Part shown: positions 48,146 through 62,000 of the stretch, in pieces
Layout: each line of letters starts with the position of its first letter
Numbering within the stretch: the first letter of the stretch is position 1
Assembly (NCBI RefSeq): GCF_044704955.1
Contig: NW_027252691.1
Span: 62,001-126,000 of the forward strand
DNA: 64,000 nucleotides
Origin: Pristiophorus japonicus
Taxonomy: Eukaryota
Reading direction: 5' to 3'
Made by a program: the position numbers and the translations under genes
Notes under the pieces: generated by a model
Told to the model about the DNA's origin: nothing
What the model saw: only the letters and a program-made list of their open reading frames with translations
Database searches by the model: none

Positions 48146-51100
48146 TGTAGTGTTTCTGCATCTTGTTACAAACTCATACGAGGCATGGATATATCAGACC
48201 CGGTCACTCTGTGACCTTCACTTTATTCCCAGGACTAAAGAGTGCTGATCCTGGGTGGGACCTCCCCTTTTATACCTGGAAGCCCAGGTGAGGAGCTCAC
48301 TCCCTGTGGTCAGGGTGTGCATTACAAGGTACAGGTACAGTGTGCATGAGTTACAGTTACATACTTATAGTCATTGCAAGATGGTGAAATACATGACATC
48401 ACCTCCCCCTCAGGTCTTTTAGTTTCAGGGGTTAAGTCTATCGGGTGGTCGGCGCTCTTTCGTGGAGCGCTGCAGTTGTGACTCTGGTGGCTGAGCCTCA
48501 GCACGTGTCTCTGTCACTTGAGGTGATTCCGGCCTGTCCGGGCTGGCCGCAGGGACTGTGCATGCTGAGGGCTGTCTTTGTTGCTCGTACGCTGGCAGTG
48601 GTGTGGGTTCTATCTCATCATGCTCTTCTTCCGGTTCCTCCGTGTCTGCACTGAACCTTTTCTTTACTTGGTCCAAGTGTTTGCGGCATATCTGCCCATT
48701 GTTTAGTCTGACCACCATGACCCTGTTTCCTTCTTTGCCAATTACGGTGCCCTCAAGCCACTTGGGTCCCAAAGCATGGTTAAGAACAAATACCGGGTCA
48801 TCTATTTCTATCCACCTCCCCCTTGAGCCTCGATCATGGAGCTCGGTTTGGGACTGGCGCTTGCCCTCAACAATGTCTGCCAGGGCTGGGTGAATGAGGG
48901 ACAGCCGCGTCTTGAGCGTGCGTTTCATGAGGAGTTCCGCTGGCGGGACTCCCGTGAGCGAGTGCGGGCGGGACCTGTAGGCCAGCAGGAGGCGCGATAG
49001 TCGGTACTGAAGAGAGGGTCCCTGGATACGTAGCATGTCCTGCTTTATGACTTGGACCGCCCGTTCCGCCTGGCCATTGAAAGCCGGCTTGAACGGCGCT
49101 GTCCAGACATGTTTGATCCCATTTCCCGACATAAACTCCTGGAATTCATGGCTGGTGAAACACGGGCCATTGTCGCTGATCAGGATGTCCGGCAAGCCGT
49201 GGGTCGCGAAAACTGTAGGCAGACTCTCCACAGTGATGGATGTCGTGCACGAGTTCAATATGATGCACTCGATCCACTTCGAGTATGCATCGACAACGAT
49301 CAGGAACATTTTTCCCATGAACGGGCCCACATAGTCCATGTGAATACGTGACCATGGCCTGGTGGGCCAGGGCCACGGGCTGAGTGGGGCCTCCCTGGGG
49401 GCATTGCCCAGCTGGGCACACGTCGTGCACCTGTGAACCCAGTATTCCAGGTCTGAGTCAATCCCCGGCCACCATACATGTGACCAGGCAATGGCCTTCA
49501 TTAACACGATGCCTGGGTGCTCACTGTGGAGTTCCCTGATGAACGCTTCCCTTCCTTTCTGGAGCATGACTACCCGGCTGCCTCATAGTAGGCAGTCGGC
49601 TTGGACGGAGAGTTCATCCATCCGTCTCTGAAACAGTCTGACCTCCTCGGGGCACGCTCCGTGTGCGGGCGCCCAATCCCCAGTCAGGACACATTTCTTT
49701 ATCGTGGATAGGAGGGGGTCCCTGTTGGTCCAGAGTTTGATCTGGCGGGCTGTGATGGGGGAGCCTGCAGTGTCAAAAGCCTCAACGGCCATGACCATCT
49801 CGGCGCTCTGCTCTGACACCCCCTCGGTGGTGGCCAGTGGGAGCCTGCTGAGTGAGTCAGCGCAATTTTCGGTGCCTGGCCGGTGCCGTATGGTGTAGTC
49901 ATACGCAGCCAGTGTGAGGGCCCAGCGCTGTATGCGAGCTGACGCATTAGCGTTGACAGCCTTGCTGTCGGACAACAGGGATGTTAACGGCTTGTGGTCC
50001 GTCTCTAGCTCGAACCGTCTACCGAAAAGGTACTGATGCATCTTTTTCACACCGTACACACACGCGAGTGCCTCCTTCTCGACCATGCCGTATCCACGCT
50101 CTGCCTGGGAGAGCGACCTGGAGGCGTAAGCCACCGGTTGGAGTCGGCCGTCATCGTTACCCTGCTGCAACACAAACCCAACCCCATAGGATGATGCATC
50201 GCATGTTATGACCAGTTTTTTACAGGGGTCATACAAAGTCAACAGTTTGTTGGAACACAGCAGGTTCCTCGCTTTATTGAAAGCCCGTTCTTGACAATCC
50301 CCCCAAAACCATTCACAACCTTTACGGAGGAGCATGTGTAACGGCTCCAACAATGTGCTTAAGTTCAGCAGGAAGTTCCCAAAATAGTTCAAGAGTCCTA
50401 GGAATGATCACAACTCCGACGTGTTGCCGGGCCTGGGCGCCCGGCGAATCGCCTCCGTTTTTGATTCAGTGGGCCGGATCCCGTCTGCGGCAACCCTCCT
50501 GCCCAAAAACTCGACATCTGGGGCCAAAAACACACACTTGGCCTTTTTCAGCCACAGGCCTATCCGTTCCAATGGGCGTAGCACCTCCTCCAGGTTGCGG
50601 AGGTGTTCCTCGGTGTCTCGACCTGTTATAAGAATGTCGTCTTGGAACACGATCGTTCCAGGGATGGACTTGAGCAAGCTTTCCATGTCTCGCTGAAAGA
50701 AAGCCGCTGCCGAACGAATGCCAAACGGGCACCTATTGTAGACAAATAATCCTTTGTGTGTCATGATGGTGGTCAGAAGCTTGGATTCTTCAGCCAGTTC
50801 CTGAGTCATGTAGGCCGAAGTGAGGTCCAGCTTCATGAACAGCTTACCACCTGCCAGCGTGACAAAAAGGTCCTCCGCTCTCGGGAGCGGGTATTGGTCT
50901 TGCAGCGACACTCGGTTGATGGTGGCTTTGTAGTCGCCACAAATCCTAACCGAGCCATTTGCTTTGAGGACGGGATCAATGGGACTTGCCCAGTTGCTAA
51001 ATTCAACGGGCGAAATTATGCCCTCTCTGAGCAGCCTGTCCAGTTCACTTTCAATTTTTTCACGCATCACGTACGGCACCGTTCTGGCCTTGTGGTGCAC

Positions 51101-52698
51101 TGGTCTGGCGTCCGGAGTGGTGCGTATCACTACTTTGGTGCCCTTGAATGTTCCGACACCGGGTTCAAAGAGTGACTCGAATTTTTGCAATGCCTGCGAG
51201 CATGAACTTCGCTCCACGGATGAAATAGCGCGCACATCCCCCCATTTCCAATTCATCTCAGCTAGCCAACTCCTCCCCAAGAGCGCGGGGCCATTTCCCG
51301 GAATAATCCAGAGTAGCAGCCGGTTCTGTGATCCATTATATGTTACCACCAAGTTTGCACTGCCCAGCACTGGGATGATCTCTTTGGTGTACGTCCATAG
51401 CTGTGTCTCAATGCGTTCCAGTTTGGGCCTGCTAGCTCTGTGTGGCCATAGTCTCTCAAATTGTTGGGCACTCATGAGGGACTGGCTAGCTCCTGTATCC
51501 AGCTCCATGTACACCGGGATGCCACTCAGTAAGACTTTCATCATCATGGGTGGCGTTTTAGTGTATGAGCTGTGGATGTCAGCCACATGAACTCTCTGAA
51601 CTTCAGCATCCATGGTTGTTCCCCAGGCCTCATCCTGCATTGCAGATCCCTCGTCTGGTTCATCTGTCTCACAGACTAGCCTTGCTAGTGCCTTTTTGCA
51701 CATCCTGGCCAGGTGTCCCTTGACATTACAAATCCTACAGGTGTAAAGTTGGAACCTGCAGATTTTTGCAGTTTGCCTGGGTGGTGTCGAATTGCCCTTG
51801 CCTGCCTGTGGGGTTCTGTCATTTTTATTACATTGATTCCCTGGTTCAACGCAACTTTAAAACCAGGGCTGTGTGCATAGATTAGCTTGGTCTCCTCTTC
51901 CCCTGCCATAAAGGTCTGAGCTATCAACTCCGCCCCTTCTAAAGTCAAATCCTTAGTCTTTATGAGCTTCCTGAAAATGCCGGCATGATTAATGCCCTCG
52001 ATGAAAGAGTCCCTTAACATCTCCCCACTGCAGGCATCGGAGAACTTACAGAGACTGGCCAAACGCTGCAGTTCCACCACGAAGTCCGAGATGTTTTGAC
52101 CCTCCCGACGCCGGTGAGAGTAGAACCGGTGCCGGGCCATGTGTACGCTACTTGCCGGCTTGAGGTGCTCACTGATCAGCTGGCTGAGCTCTTTGAAGGA
52201 CTTGTCCGCTGGCTTTTGGGATGCGAGCAGGTCTTTCATCAGCGTATACGTCTGTGGACCACAGCTGGTCAGTAGATGCACCCTCCGCTTGTCAGCCGCT
52301 GTCGCTCCCAGCCAGTCCTTTGTGACAAAGCTCTGCTGGAGTCTTTCCACAAAGTCGTCCCAGTCCTCACCCACACAGTAACGTTCCTCTGTGCCACCGG
52401 TGGCCATCCTCGTGGTTCGGTGATTCCCGATTCTCGTCGCCAAATGTAGTGTCTCTGCACCTTGTTACAAACTCACACGAGGCATGTATACATCAGACAC
52501 GGTCACTCTGTGACCTTCACTTTATTCCCAGGACTAAAGAGTGCTGATCCTGGGTGGGACCTCCCCTTTTATACCTGGAAGCCCAGGTGAGGAGCTCACT
52601 CCCTGTGGTCAGGGTGTGCATTACAAGGGTACAGGTACAGTGTGCATGAGTTACAGTTACAGACTTATAGTCATTGCAAGATGGTGAAATACATGACA
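48146..52698 (-). mobile_element. full-length Ty3/Gypsy LTR retrotransposon with disrupted gag-pol
   Basis: TG...CA LTRs at 48146-48398 and 52445-52698. PBS TGGCGACGAG (complementary to the tRNA-Ser(GCU) 3' end) at ~52433-52442; PPT at 48399-48412. gag 51685-52443; protease LDTGA and RT FQDD 50408-51703; RNase H 49583-50392; integrase HHCC/DDE 48425-49567. Confidence 0.95.
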
Positions 52699-53094
52699 TC
52701 ACCTCCACCTTGTTCCTTGAGCTGGCCTTCCCCTGCCGCCGGGTCACAGTTAGGGCGGCGATGTCTATGAAACTTTGGAGTTCCTGGGCAACTATAGCAT
52801 GCGACATTCCGGTCTGTTGCTGTTGGGGTTGTCCATGAGGGTCCTGATGTTCCAGATCCCGAACTTCATTCTCGAGAGTGGAAGATGCCTGTGCGTGAAT
52901 TCGTTTATCGTGGGGTGGCCGTCGCACACCAGCTTCCACATCGACTTGACGGAGCAAGGTCTTGGTCCCATCACAAGGTCTTGGTCCCATAACAAGGGGA
53001 CCCAAGATAATTGGAGACCGGGCTCTTCTGCATCCTCGAGAATTAACAAATATATCAATTCTTAGATGTGTCCCAAGGCCCAGCTTCAGGTCAC

Positions 53095-56000
53095 CCCAGG
53101 AATCATCCGCTAATCCTCATCATAGGCCGTCCCCCCAGAGCCAGGAATCCCCCGCTAATCCTCATCATAGGCAGCCCCCGGAGACAGGAATTCCCCGCTA
53201 ATCTTCATCATAGACCATCCCCCTGCAGCCAGGAATCCCCCGCTAATCTTCATCATAGGCAGTCCCCCGGAGCCAGGAATCCCCCGCTAATCTTCAACAT
53301 AGGTCTTCCCCCCGGAGCCAGGAATCCCCCGCTAATCCTCATCATAGGCCGTCCCCCCAGAGCCAAGAATCCCCGGCTAATCCTCATCATAGGCCAACCT
53401 CCGGAGCCAGGAATCCCCCACTAATCTTCATCACAGGCAGTCCTCCCGGAGCCAGGAATCCCCCGCTAATCTTCATCATAGACCGTCCCCGGAGCCAGGA
53501 ATCCCCCGCTAATCTTCATCATAGGCAGTCCCCCGGAGCCAGGAATCCCCCGCTAATCTTCATCATAGGCAGTCCCCCGGAGCCAGGAATCCCCCGCTAA
53601 TCTTCATCATAGGCAGTCCCCCGGAGCCAGGAATCCCCCGCTAATCTTCATCATAGGCCGTCCCCCCGGAGCCAGGAATCCCCCGCTAATCTTCATCATA
53701 GGCTGTCCCCCGGAGCCAGGAATCCCCCGCTAATCTTGAACATAGACAGTCCCCCGGAGCCAGGAATCCCCCGCTAATCTTCATCATAGGCAGTCCCCCG
53801 GAGCCAGGAATCCCCCGCTAATCTTCACCATAGGCAGTCCCCCAGAGCCAGGAATCCCCCGCTAATCTTCAGCATAGGCACTACCCCGGAGCCAGGAATC
53901 CCCTGCTAATCTTCAAAATAGGCAGTCCCCCGGAGCCAGGAATCCCCCGCTAATCTTCATCATAGGCAGTCCCCGGAGCCAGGAATCCCCCACTAATCTT
54001 CAGCATAGGCAGTCCCCTGGAGCCAGGAATCTCCCGCTAATCTTTATCATAGGCAGTCCTCCGGAGCCAGGAATGCCCCGATAATCTTCATCTTAGGCAG
54101 TCCTCCCGGAGCCAGGAATCCCCCGCTAATCTTCATCTTAGGCAGTCCTCCCGGAGCCAGGAATCCCCCGCTAATCCTCATCATAAGCAGTCCCCCCGGA
54201 GCCAGGAATCCCCCGCTAATCTTCATCATAGACAGTCCCCCCGGAGCCAGAAATCACCCGCTAATCTTCATCATAGGCCGTCCCCGGAGCCAGGAATACC
54301 CCGCTCATCTTCATCATAGGCAGTCCCCGGAGCCAGGAATCTCCCACTAATCTTCATCATCGACAGTCACCCCGGAGCCAGGAATCCTCCGCTAATCTTC
54401 ATCATAGGCAGCCCCCAGAGCCAGAAATCCCCCGGTAATCTTCATCATAGGCAGCCCCCGAAGACAGGAATCCCCCGCTAATCTTCATTATAGGCCATCC
54501 CCCGGAGCCAGGAATCCCCCGCTGATCTTCATCATAGTCCGTTCCCCGGAGACAGGAAGCCCCCGCTAATCTTCATCACAAGCAGTCCCCCAGAGCCAGG
54601 AATCCCCCGCTAATCTTCATCATAGTCCATCCACCGGAGCCAGGAATCTACCGCTAATCTTCATCATAGGCCATCCCCCAGAGCAAGGAATCACCCGCTA
54701 ATCTACATCATAAGCAGTCACCCCGGAGCCAGGAATTCCCCGCTAATCTTCATCATAGGACATCCGCCTGGAGCCAGGAATCCCCCACTAATCTTCATCA
54801 TCGGCAGTCCCCACGGAGCCAGGAATCCCCCGCAAATCTTCATCATAGGCAGTCCCCCCAGAGCCAGGAATCCCCGGGTAATCTTCATCACAGGCAGTCC
54901 CCCGGGGCCAAGAATCCCCCGCTAATCTTCATCATAGTCCGTCCCCGGAGCCAGGAATCCCCCGCTAATCCTCATCATAGGCAGCCCCCGGAGACAGGAA
55001 TTCCCCGCTAATCTTCATCATAGGCAGTCCCCGGAGACAGGAATTCCCCGCTAATCTTCATCATAGGCAGTCCCCGGAGACAGGAATCCTCCGCTAATCT
55101 TCAGCATAGGCCATCCCCCGGAGCCAGCAATCCCCCGCTAATCTTCATCATAGGCAGTCCCCCGGAGCCAGAAATCACCCGCTAATCTTCGTCATAGGCC
55201 GTCCCCGGAGCCAGGAATCCCCCGCTAATCTTCATCATAGGCAGTCCCCCCGGAGCCAGAAATCCCCCGCTAATCCTCATCATAGGCAGTCCCCCAGAGC
55301 CAGGAGTCCACCGCTAATCTTCATCATAGGCAGTCCCCGGAGCCAGGAATCCCCCGCTAATCTTCATCATAGGCAGTCCCCGGAGCCAGGAATCCCCCGC
55401 TAATCTCGATCATAGGCAGTCCCCGGAGCCAGGAATCCCCCGCTAATCTTCATCACAGGCAGTCCCCGGAGCCAGGAATCCCCCGCTAATCTTCATCATA
55501 GGCAGTCCCCGGAGCCAGGAATCCCCCGCTAATCTTCATCATAGGCCTTCCCCCCGGAGCCAGGAATCCCCCGCTAATCTTCATCTTAGGCAGTCCTCCC
55601 GGAGCCAGGAATCCCCCGCTAATCTTCATCTTAGGCAGTCCTCCCGGAGCCAGGAATCCCCCGCTAATCCTCATCATAAGCAGTCCCCCCGGAGCCAGGA
55701 ATCCCCCGCTAATCTTCATCATAGACAGTCCCCCCGGAGCCAGAAATCACCCGCTAATCTTCATCATAGGCCGTCCCCGGAGCCAGGAATACCCCGCTCA
55801 TCTTCATCATAGACAGTCCCCCCAGAGCCAGGAATCATCCGCGAATCTTCATCATAGGCAGTCCCCGGAGCCAGGAATCCCCCGCTAATCTTCATCATAG
55901 GCAGTCAACCCGGAGCGAGGAATCATCCGCGAATCTTCATCATAGGCAGTCCCCCCGGAGCCAGGAAACCCCGCTAATCTTCATCATAGGCAGTCCCCCG

Positions 56001-59000
56001 GAGCCAGGAATCCCCCGCTAATCTTCACCATAGGCAGTCCCCCAGAGCCAGGAATCCCCCGCTAATCTTCAGCATAGGCACTACCCCGGAGCCAGGAATC
56101 CCCTGCTAATCTTCAAAATAGGCAGTCCCCCGGAGCCAGGAATCCCCCGCTAATCTTCATCATAGGCAGTCCCCGGAGCCAGGAATCCCCCACTAATCTT
56201 CAGCATAGGCAGTCCCCTGGAGCCAGGAATCTCCCGCTAATCTTTATCATAGGCAGTCCTCCGGAGCCAGGAATGCCCCGATAATCTTCATCATAGGCCT
56301 TCCCGCTGGAGCCAGGAATCCCCCGCAAATCTTCATCATAGGCAGTCCCCGGAGCCAGGAATCTCCCACTAATCTTCATCATCGACAGTCACCCCGGAGC
56401 CAGGAATCCTCCGCTAATCTTCATCATAGGCAGCCCCCAGAGCCAGAAATCCCCCGGTAATCTTCATCATAGGCAGCCCCCGAAGACAGGAATCCCCCGC
56501 TAATCTTCATTATAGGCCATCCCCCGGAGCCAGGAATCCCCCGCTGATCTTCATCATAGTCCGTTCCCCGGAGACAGGAATCCCCCGCTAATCTTCATCA
56601 CAGGCAGTCCCCCAGAGCCAGGAATCCGCCGCTAATCTTCATCATAGTCCATCCACCGGAGCCAGGAATCTACCGCTAATCTTCATCATAGGCCATCCCC
56701 CAGAGCAAGGAATCACCCGCTAATCTACATCATAAGCAGTCACCCCGGAGCCAGGAATTCCCCGCTAATCTTCATCATAGGACATCCGCCTGGAGCCAGG
56801 AATCCCCCACTAATCTTCATCATCGGCAGTCCCCACGGAGCCAGGAATCCCCCGCAAATCTTCATCATAGGCAGTCCCCCCAGAGCCAGGAATCCCCGGG
56901 TAATCTTCATCACAGGCAGTCCCCCGGGGCCAAGAATCCCCCGCTAATCTTCATCATAGTCCGTCCCCGGAGCCAGGAATCCCCCGCTAATCCTCATCAT
57001 AGGCAGCCCCCGGAGACAGGAATTCCCCGCTAATCTTCATCATAGGCAGTCCCCGGAGACAGGAATCCTCCGCTAATCTTCAGCATAGGCCATCCCCCGG
57101 AGCCAGCAATCCCCCGCTAATCTTCATCATAGGCAGTCCCCCGGAGCCAGAAATCACCCGCTAATCTTCGTCATAGGCCGTCCCCGGAGCCAGGAATCCC
57201 CCGCTAATCTTCATCATAGGCAGTCCCCCCGGAGCCAGAAATCCCCCGCTAATCCTCATCATAGGCAGTCCCCCAGAGCCAGGAGTCCACCGCTAATCTT
57301 CATCATAGGCAGTCCCCGGAGCCAGGAATCCCCCGCTAATCTCGATCATAGGCAGTCCCCGGAGCCAGGAATCCCCCGCTAATCTTCATCACAGGCAGTC
57401 CCCGGAGCCAGGAATCCCCCGCTAATCTTCATCATAGGCAGTCCCCGGAGCCAGGAATCCCCCGCTAATCTTCATCATAGGCCTTCCCCCCGGAGCCAGG
57501 AATCCCCCGCTAATCTTCATCTTAGGCAGTCCTCCCGGAGCCAGGAATCCCCCGCTAATCTTCATCTTAGGCAGTCCTCCCGGAGCCAGGAATCCCCCGC
57601 TAATCCTCATCATAAGCAGTCCCCCCGGAGCCAGGAATCCCCCGCTAATCTTCATCATAGACAGTCCCCCCGGAGCCAGAAATCACCCGCTAATCTTCAT
57701 CATAGGCCGTCCCCGGAGCCAGGAATACCCCGCTCATCTTCATCATAGACAGTCCCCCCAGAGCCAGGAATCATCCGCGAATCTTCATCATAGGCAGTAC
57801 CCGGAGCCAGGAATCCCCCGCTAATCTTCATCATGGGCAGTCAACCCGGAGCCAGGAATCATCCGCGAATCTTCATCATAGGCAGTCCCCCCGGAGCCAG
57901 GAAACCCCGCTAATCTTCATCATAGGCAGTCAACCCGGAGCCAGGAATCCCCTGCTAATCTTCATCATAGGCAGTCCCCCCGGAGCCAGGAATCCCTCGC
58001 TAATCTTCATCATAGGTCATCCCCCGGATCCAGGAATCCCCCGCTAATCTTCATCACAGGCAGTCCCCCAGAGCCAGGATTCCCCCGCTAATCTTCATCA
58101 TAGTCCATCCCCCGTAGGCAGGATTCACCCGCTAATCTTCATCATAGTCCGTTCCCCGGAAACAGGAATCCCCCGCTAATCTTCATCATAGGCAGTCCCC
58201 CGTAGCCAGGATTCACCCGTTAATCTTCATCATAGGCAGTCCCCCGTAGCCAGGATTCACCCGTTAATCTTCATCTTAGGCAGTGCCCCCGGAGCCAGGA
58301 ATCCCCCGCTAATCTTCATCACAGGCAGTCCCCCGTAGCCAGGAATCCCCCGCTAATCTTCATCACAGGCAGTCCCCCGTAGCCAGGATTCACCCGTTAA
58401 TCTTCATCACAGGCAGTCCCCCGTAGCCAGGATTCACCCGTTAATCTTCATCACAGGCAGTCCCCCGTAGCCAGGATTCACCCGTTAATCTTCATCATAG
58501 GCAGTCCAGCGGAGCCAGGAATCCCCCGCTAATCTTCATCATAGGCAGTCCCCCCGGAGCCAGGAATCCCTCGCTAATCTTCATCATAGGCAGTCCCCCA
58601 GAGCCAGGAATCCCCCGCTAATCTTCATCATAGTCCATCCACCGGAGCCAGGAATCTACCGCTAATCTTCATCATAGTCCATCCCCTGGAGCCAGCAATC
58701 CCCCGCTAATCTACATCATAAGCAGTCACCCCGGAGCCAGGAATTCCCCGCTAATCTTCATCATAGGACATCCGCCTGGAGCCAGGAATCCCCCGCTAAT
58801 CTTCATCATAGGCAGTCCCCACGGAGCCAGGAATCCCCCGCAAATCTTCATCATAGGCAGTCCCCCCGGAGCCAGGAATCCCTCGCTAATCTTCATCATA
58901 GGTCATCCCCCGGATCCAGGAATCCCCCGCTAATCTTCATCACAGGCAGTCCCCCAGAGCCAGGATTCCCCCGCTAATCTTCATCATAGTCCATCCCCCG

Positions 59001-62000
59001 TAGGCAGGATTGACCCGCTAATCTTCATCATAGTCCGTTCCCCGGAAACAGAACTCACCCGCTAATCTTCATCATAGGCCGTCCCACCGGAGCCAGGAAT
59101 CCCCCGCTAATCCTCATCATAGGCCATCCCCCCGGAGCCAGGGATCCCCCGCTAATCTTCATCATAGGCAGTCCCCCGGAGCCAGGGATCCCCCGCTAAT
59201 CTTCATCATAGGCAGTCCCCTGGAGCCAGGAATCTCCCACTAATCTTCATCATCGACAGTCACCCCGGAGCCAGGAATCCTCCGCTAATCTTCATCATAG
59301 GCAGCCCCCAGAGCCAGAAATCCCCCGGTAATCTTCATCATAGGCAGCCCCCGAAGACAGGAATCCCCCGCTAATCTTCATTATAGGCCATCCGCGGAGC
59401 CAGGAATCCCCCGCTGATCTTCATCATAGTCCGTTCCCCGGAGACAGGAATCCCCCGCTAATCTTCATCACAGGCAGTCCCCCAGAGCCAGGAATCCCCC
59501 GCTAATCTTCATCATAGTCCATCCACCGGAGCCAGGAATCTACCGCTAATCTTCATCATAGTCCATCCCCTGGAGCCAGCAATCCCCCGCTAATCTACAT
59601 CATAAGCAGTCACCCCGGAGCCAGGAATTCCCCGCTAATCTTCATCATAGGACATCCGCCTGGAGCCAGGAATCCCCCGCTAATCTTCATCATAGGCAGT
59701 CCCCACGGAGCCAGGAATCCCCCGCAAATCTTCATCATAGGCAGTCCCCCCGGAGCCAGGAATCCCCGGGTAATCTTCATCACAGGCAGTCCACCGGGGC
59801 CAAGAATCCCCCGCTAATCTTCATCATAATCCGTCCCCGGAGCCAGGAATCCCCCGCTAATCCTCATCATAGGCAGCCCCCGGAGACAGGAATTCCCCGC
59901 TAATCTTCATCATAGGCAGTCCCCGGAGACAGGAATCCTCCGCTAATCTTCAGCATAGGCCATCCCCCGGAGCCAGCAATCCCCCGCTAATCTTCATCAT
60001 AGGCAGTCCCCCGGAGCCAGAAATCACCCGCTAATCTTCGTCATAGGCCGTCCCCGGAGCCAGGAATCCCCCGCTAATCTTCATCATAGGCAGTCCCCCC
60101 GGAGCCAGAAATCCCCCGCTAATCCTCATCATAGGCAGTCCCCCAGAGCCAGGAGTCCACCGCTAATCTTCATCATAGGCAGTCCCCGGAGCCAGGAATC
60201 CCCCGCTAATCTTCATCTTAGGCAGTCCCCCCGGAGCCAGGAATCCCCCGGTAATCTTCATCACAGGCAGTCCCCCGTAGCCAGGATTCACCCGTTAATC
60301 TTCATCATAGGCAGTCCCCCCGGAGCCAGAACTCACCCGCTAATCTTCATCATAGGCCGTCCCCCCGGAGCCAGAACTCACCCACTAATCTTCATCATAG
60401 GCAGTCCCCCCGGAGCCAGAACTCACCCGCTAATCTTCATCATAGGCAGTCCCCCGGAGCCAGGGATCCCCCGCTAATCTTCATCATAGGCAGTCCCCCG
60501 GAGCCAGGGATCCCCCGCTAATCTTCATCATAGGCAGTCCCCCAGAGCCAGGAATCCCCCGCTAATCTTCATCATAGGCAGTCCCTCAGAGCCCTGAATC
60601 CCCCGCTCATCTTCATCATAGACAGTCACCCCAGAGCCAGGTATCCACCGCTAATCTTCATCATAGTCCGTTCCCCGGAGACAGGAAACCCCCGCTAATC
60701 TTCATCATAGTCCGTCCCCCGGAGCCAGGAATCCCCCGCTAATCTTCATCATAGGCAGTCCCCCAGAGCTAGGATTCCCCCGCTAATCTTCATCATAGGC
60801 AGTCCCCGGAGCCAGGAATCCCCCGCTAATCTTCATCACAGGCAGTCCCCGGAGCCAGGAATCCCCCGCTAATCTTCATCATAGGCAGTCCCCGGAGCCA
60901 GGAATCCCCCGCTAATCTTCATCACAGGCAGTCCCCGGAGCCAGGAATCCCCCGCTAATCTTCATCATAGGCAGTCCCCGGAGCCAGGAATCCCCCGCTA
61001 ATCTTCATCATAGGCCTTCCCCCCGGAGCCAGGAATCCCCCGCTAATCTTCATCTTAGGCAGTCCTCCCGGAGCCAGGAATCCCCCGCTAATCCTCATCA
61101 TAAGCAGTCCCCCCGGAGCCAGGAATCCCCCGCTAATCTTCATCATAGACAGTCCCCCCGGAGCCAGAAATCACCCGCTAATCTTCATCACAGGCAGTCC
61201 CCGGAGCCAGGAATCCCCCGCTAATCTTCATCATAGGCAGTCCCCGGAGCCAGGAATCCCCCGCTAATCTTCATCATAGGCCTTCCCCCCGGAGCCAGGA
61301 ATCCCCCGCTAATCTTCATCTTAGGCAGTCCTCCCGGAGCCAGGAATCCCCCACTAATCTTCATCTTAGGCAGTCCTCCCGGAGCCAGGAATCCCCCGCT
61401 AATCCTCATCATAAGCAGTCCCCCCGGAGCCAGGAATCCCCCGCTAATCTTCATCATAGACAGTCCCCCCGGAGCCAGAAATCACCCGCTAATCTTCATC
61501 ATAGGCCGTCCCCGGAGCCAGGAATACCCCGCTCATCTTCATCATAGACAGTCCCCCCAGAGCCAGGAATCATCCGCGAATCTTCATCATAGGCAGTCCC
61601 CGGAGCCAGGAATCCCCCGCTAATCTTCATCATAGGCAGTCAACCCGGAGCGAGGAATCATCCGCGAATCTTCATCATAGGCAGTCCCCCCGGAGCCAGG
61701 AAACCCCGCTAATCTTCATCATAGGCAGTCCCCCGGAGCCAGGAATCCCCCGCTAATCTTCACCATAGGCAGTCCCCCAGAGCCAGGAATCCCCCGCTAA
61801 TCTTCAGCATAGGCACTACCCCGGAGCCAGGAATCCCCTGCTAATCTTCAAAATAGGCAGTCCCCCGGAGCCAGGAATCCCCCGCTAATCTTCATCATAG
61901 GCAGTCCCCGGAGCCAGGAATCCCCCACTAATCTTCAGCATAGGCAGTCCCCCGTAGCCAGGAATCCCCCGCTAATCTTCATCACAGGCAGTCCCCCGTA

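Larger units (their letters stand above)
43575..53040 (-). mobile_element. RTE-clade LINE (degraded), interrupted by a CR1 and a Gypsy element
   Basis: Endonuclease start MKFGIWNIRTLMDNPNS (52792-53058). EQGGG|YTFFWKGK is split by the Gypsy. RT remnant NYRGVSLLS...QCGFRP...KAFDSVNREGLW (46469-47041). The 3' end with a (cat)n tail at 43575-43690 continues at 46148. Confidence 0.85.
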
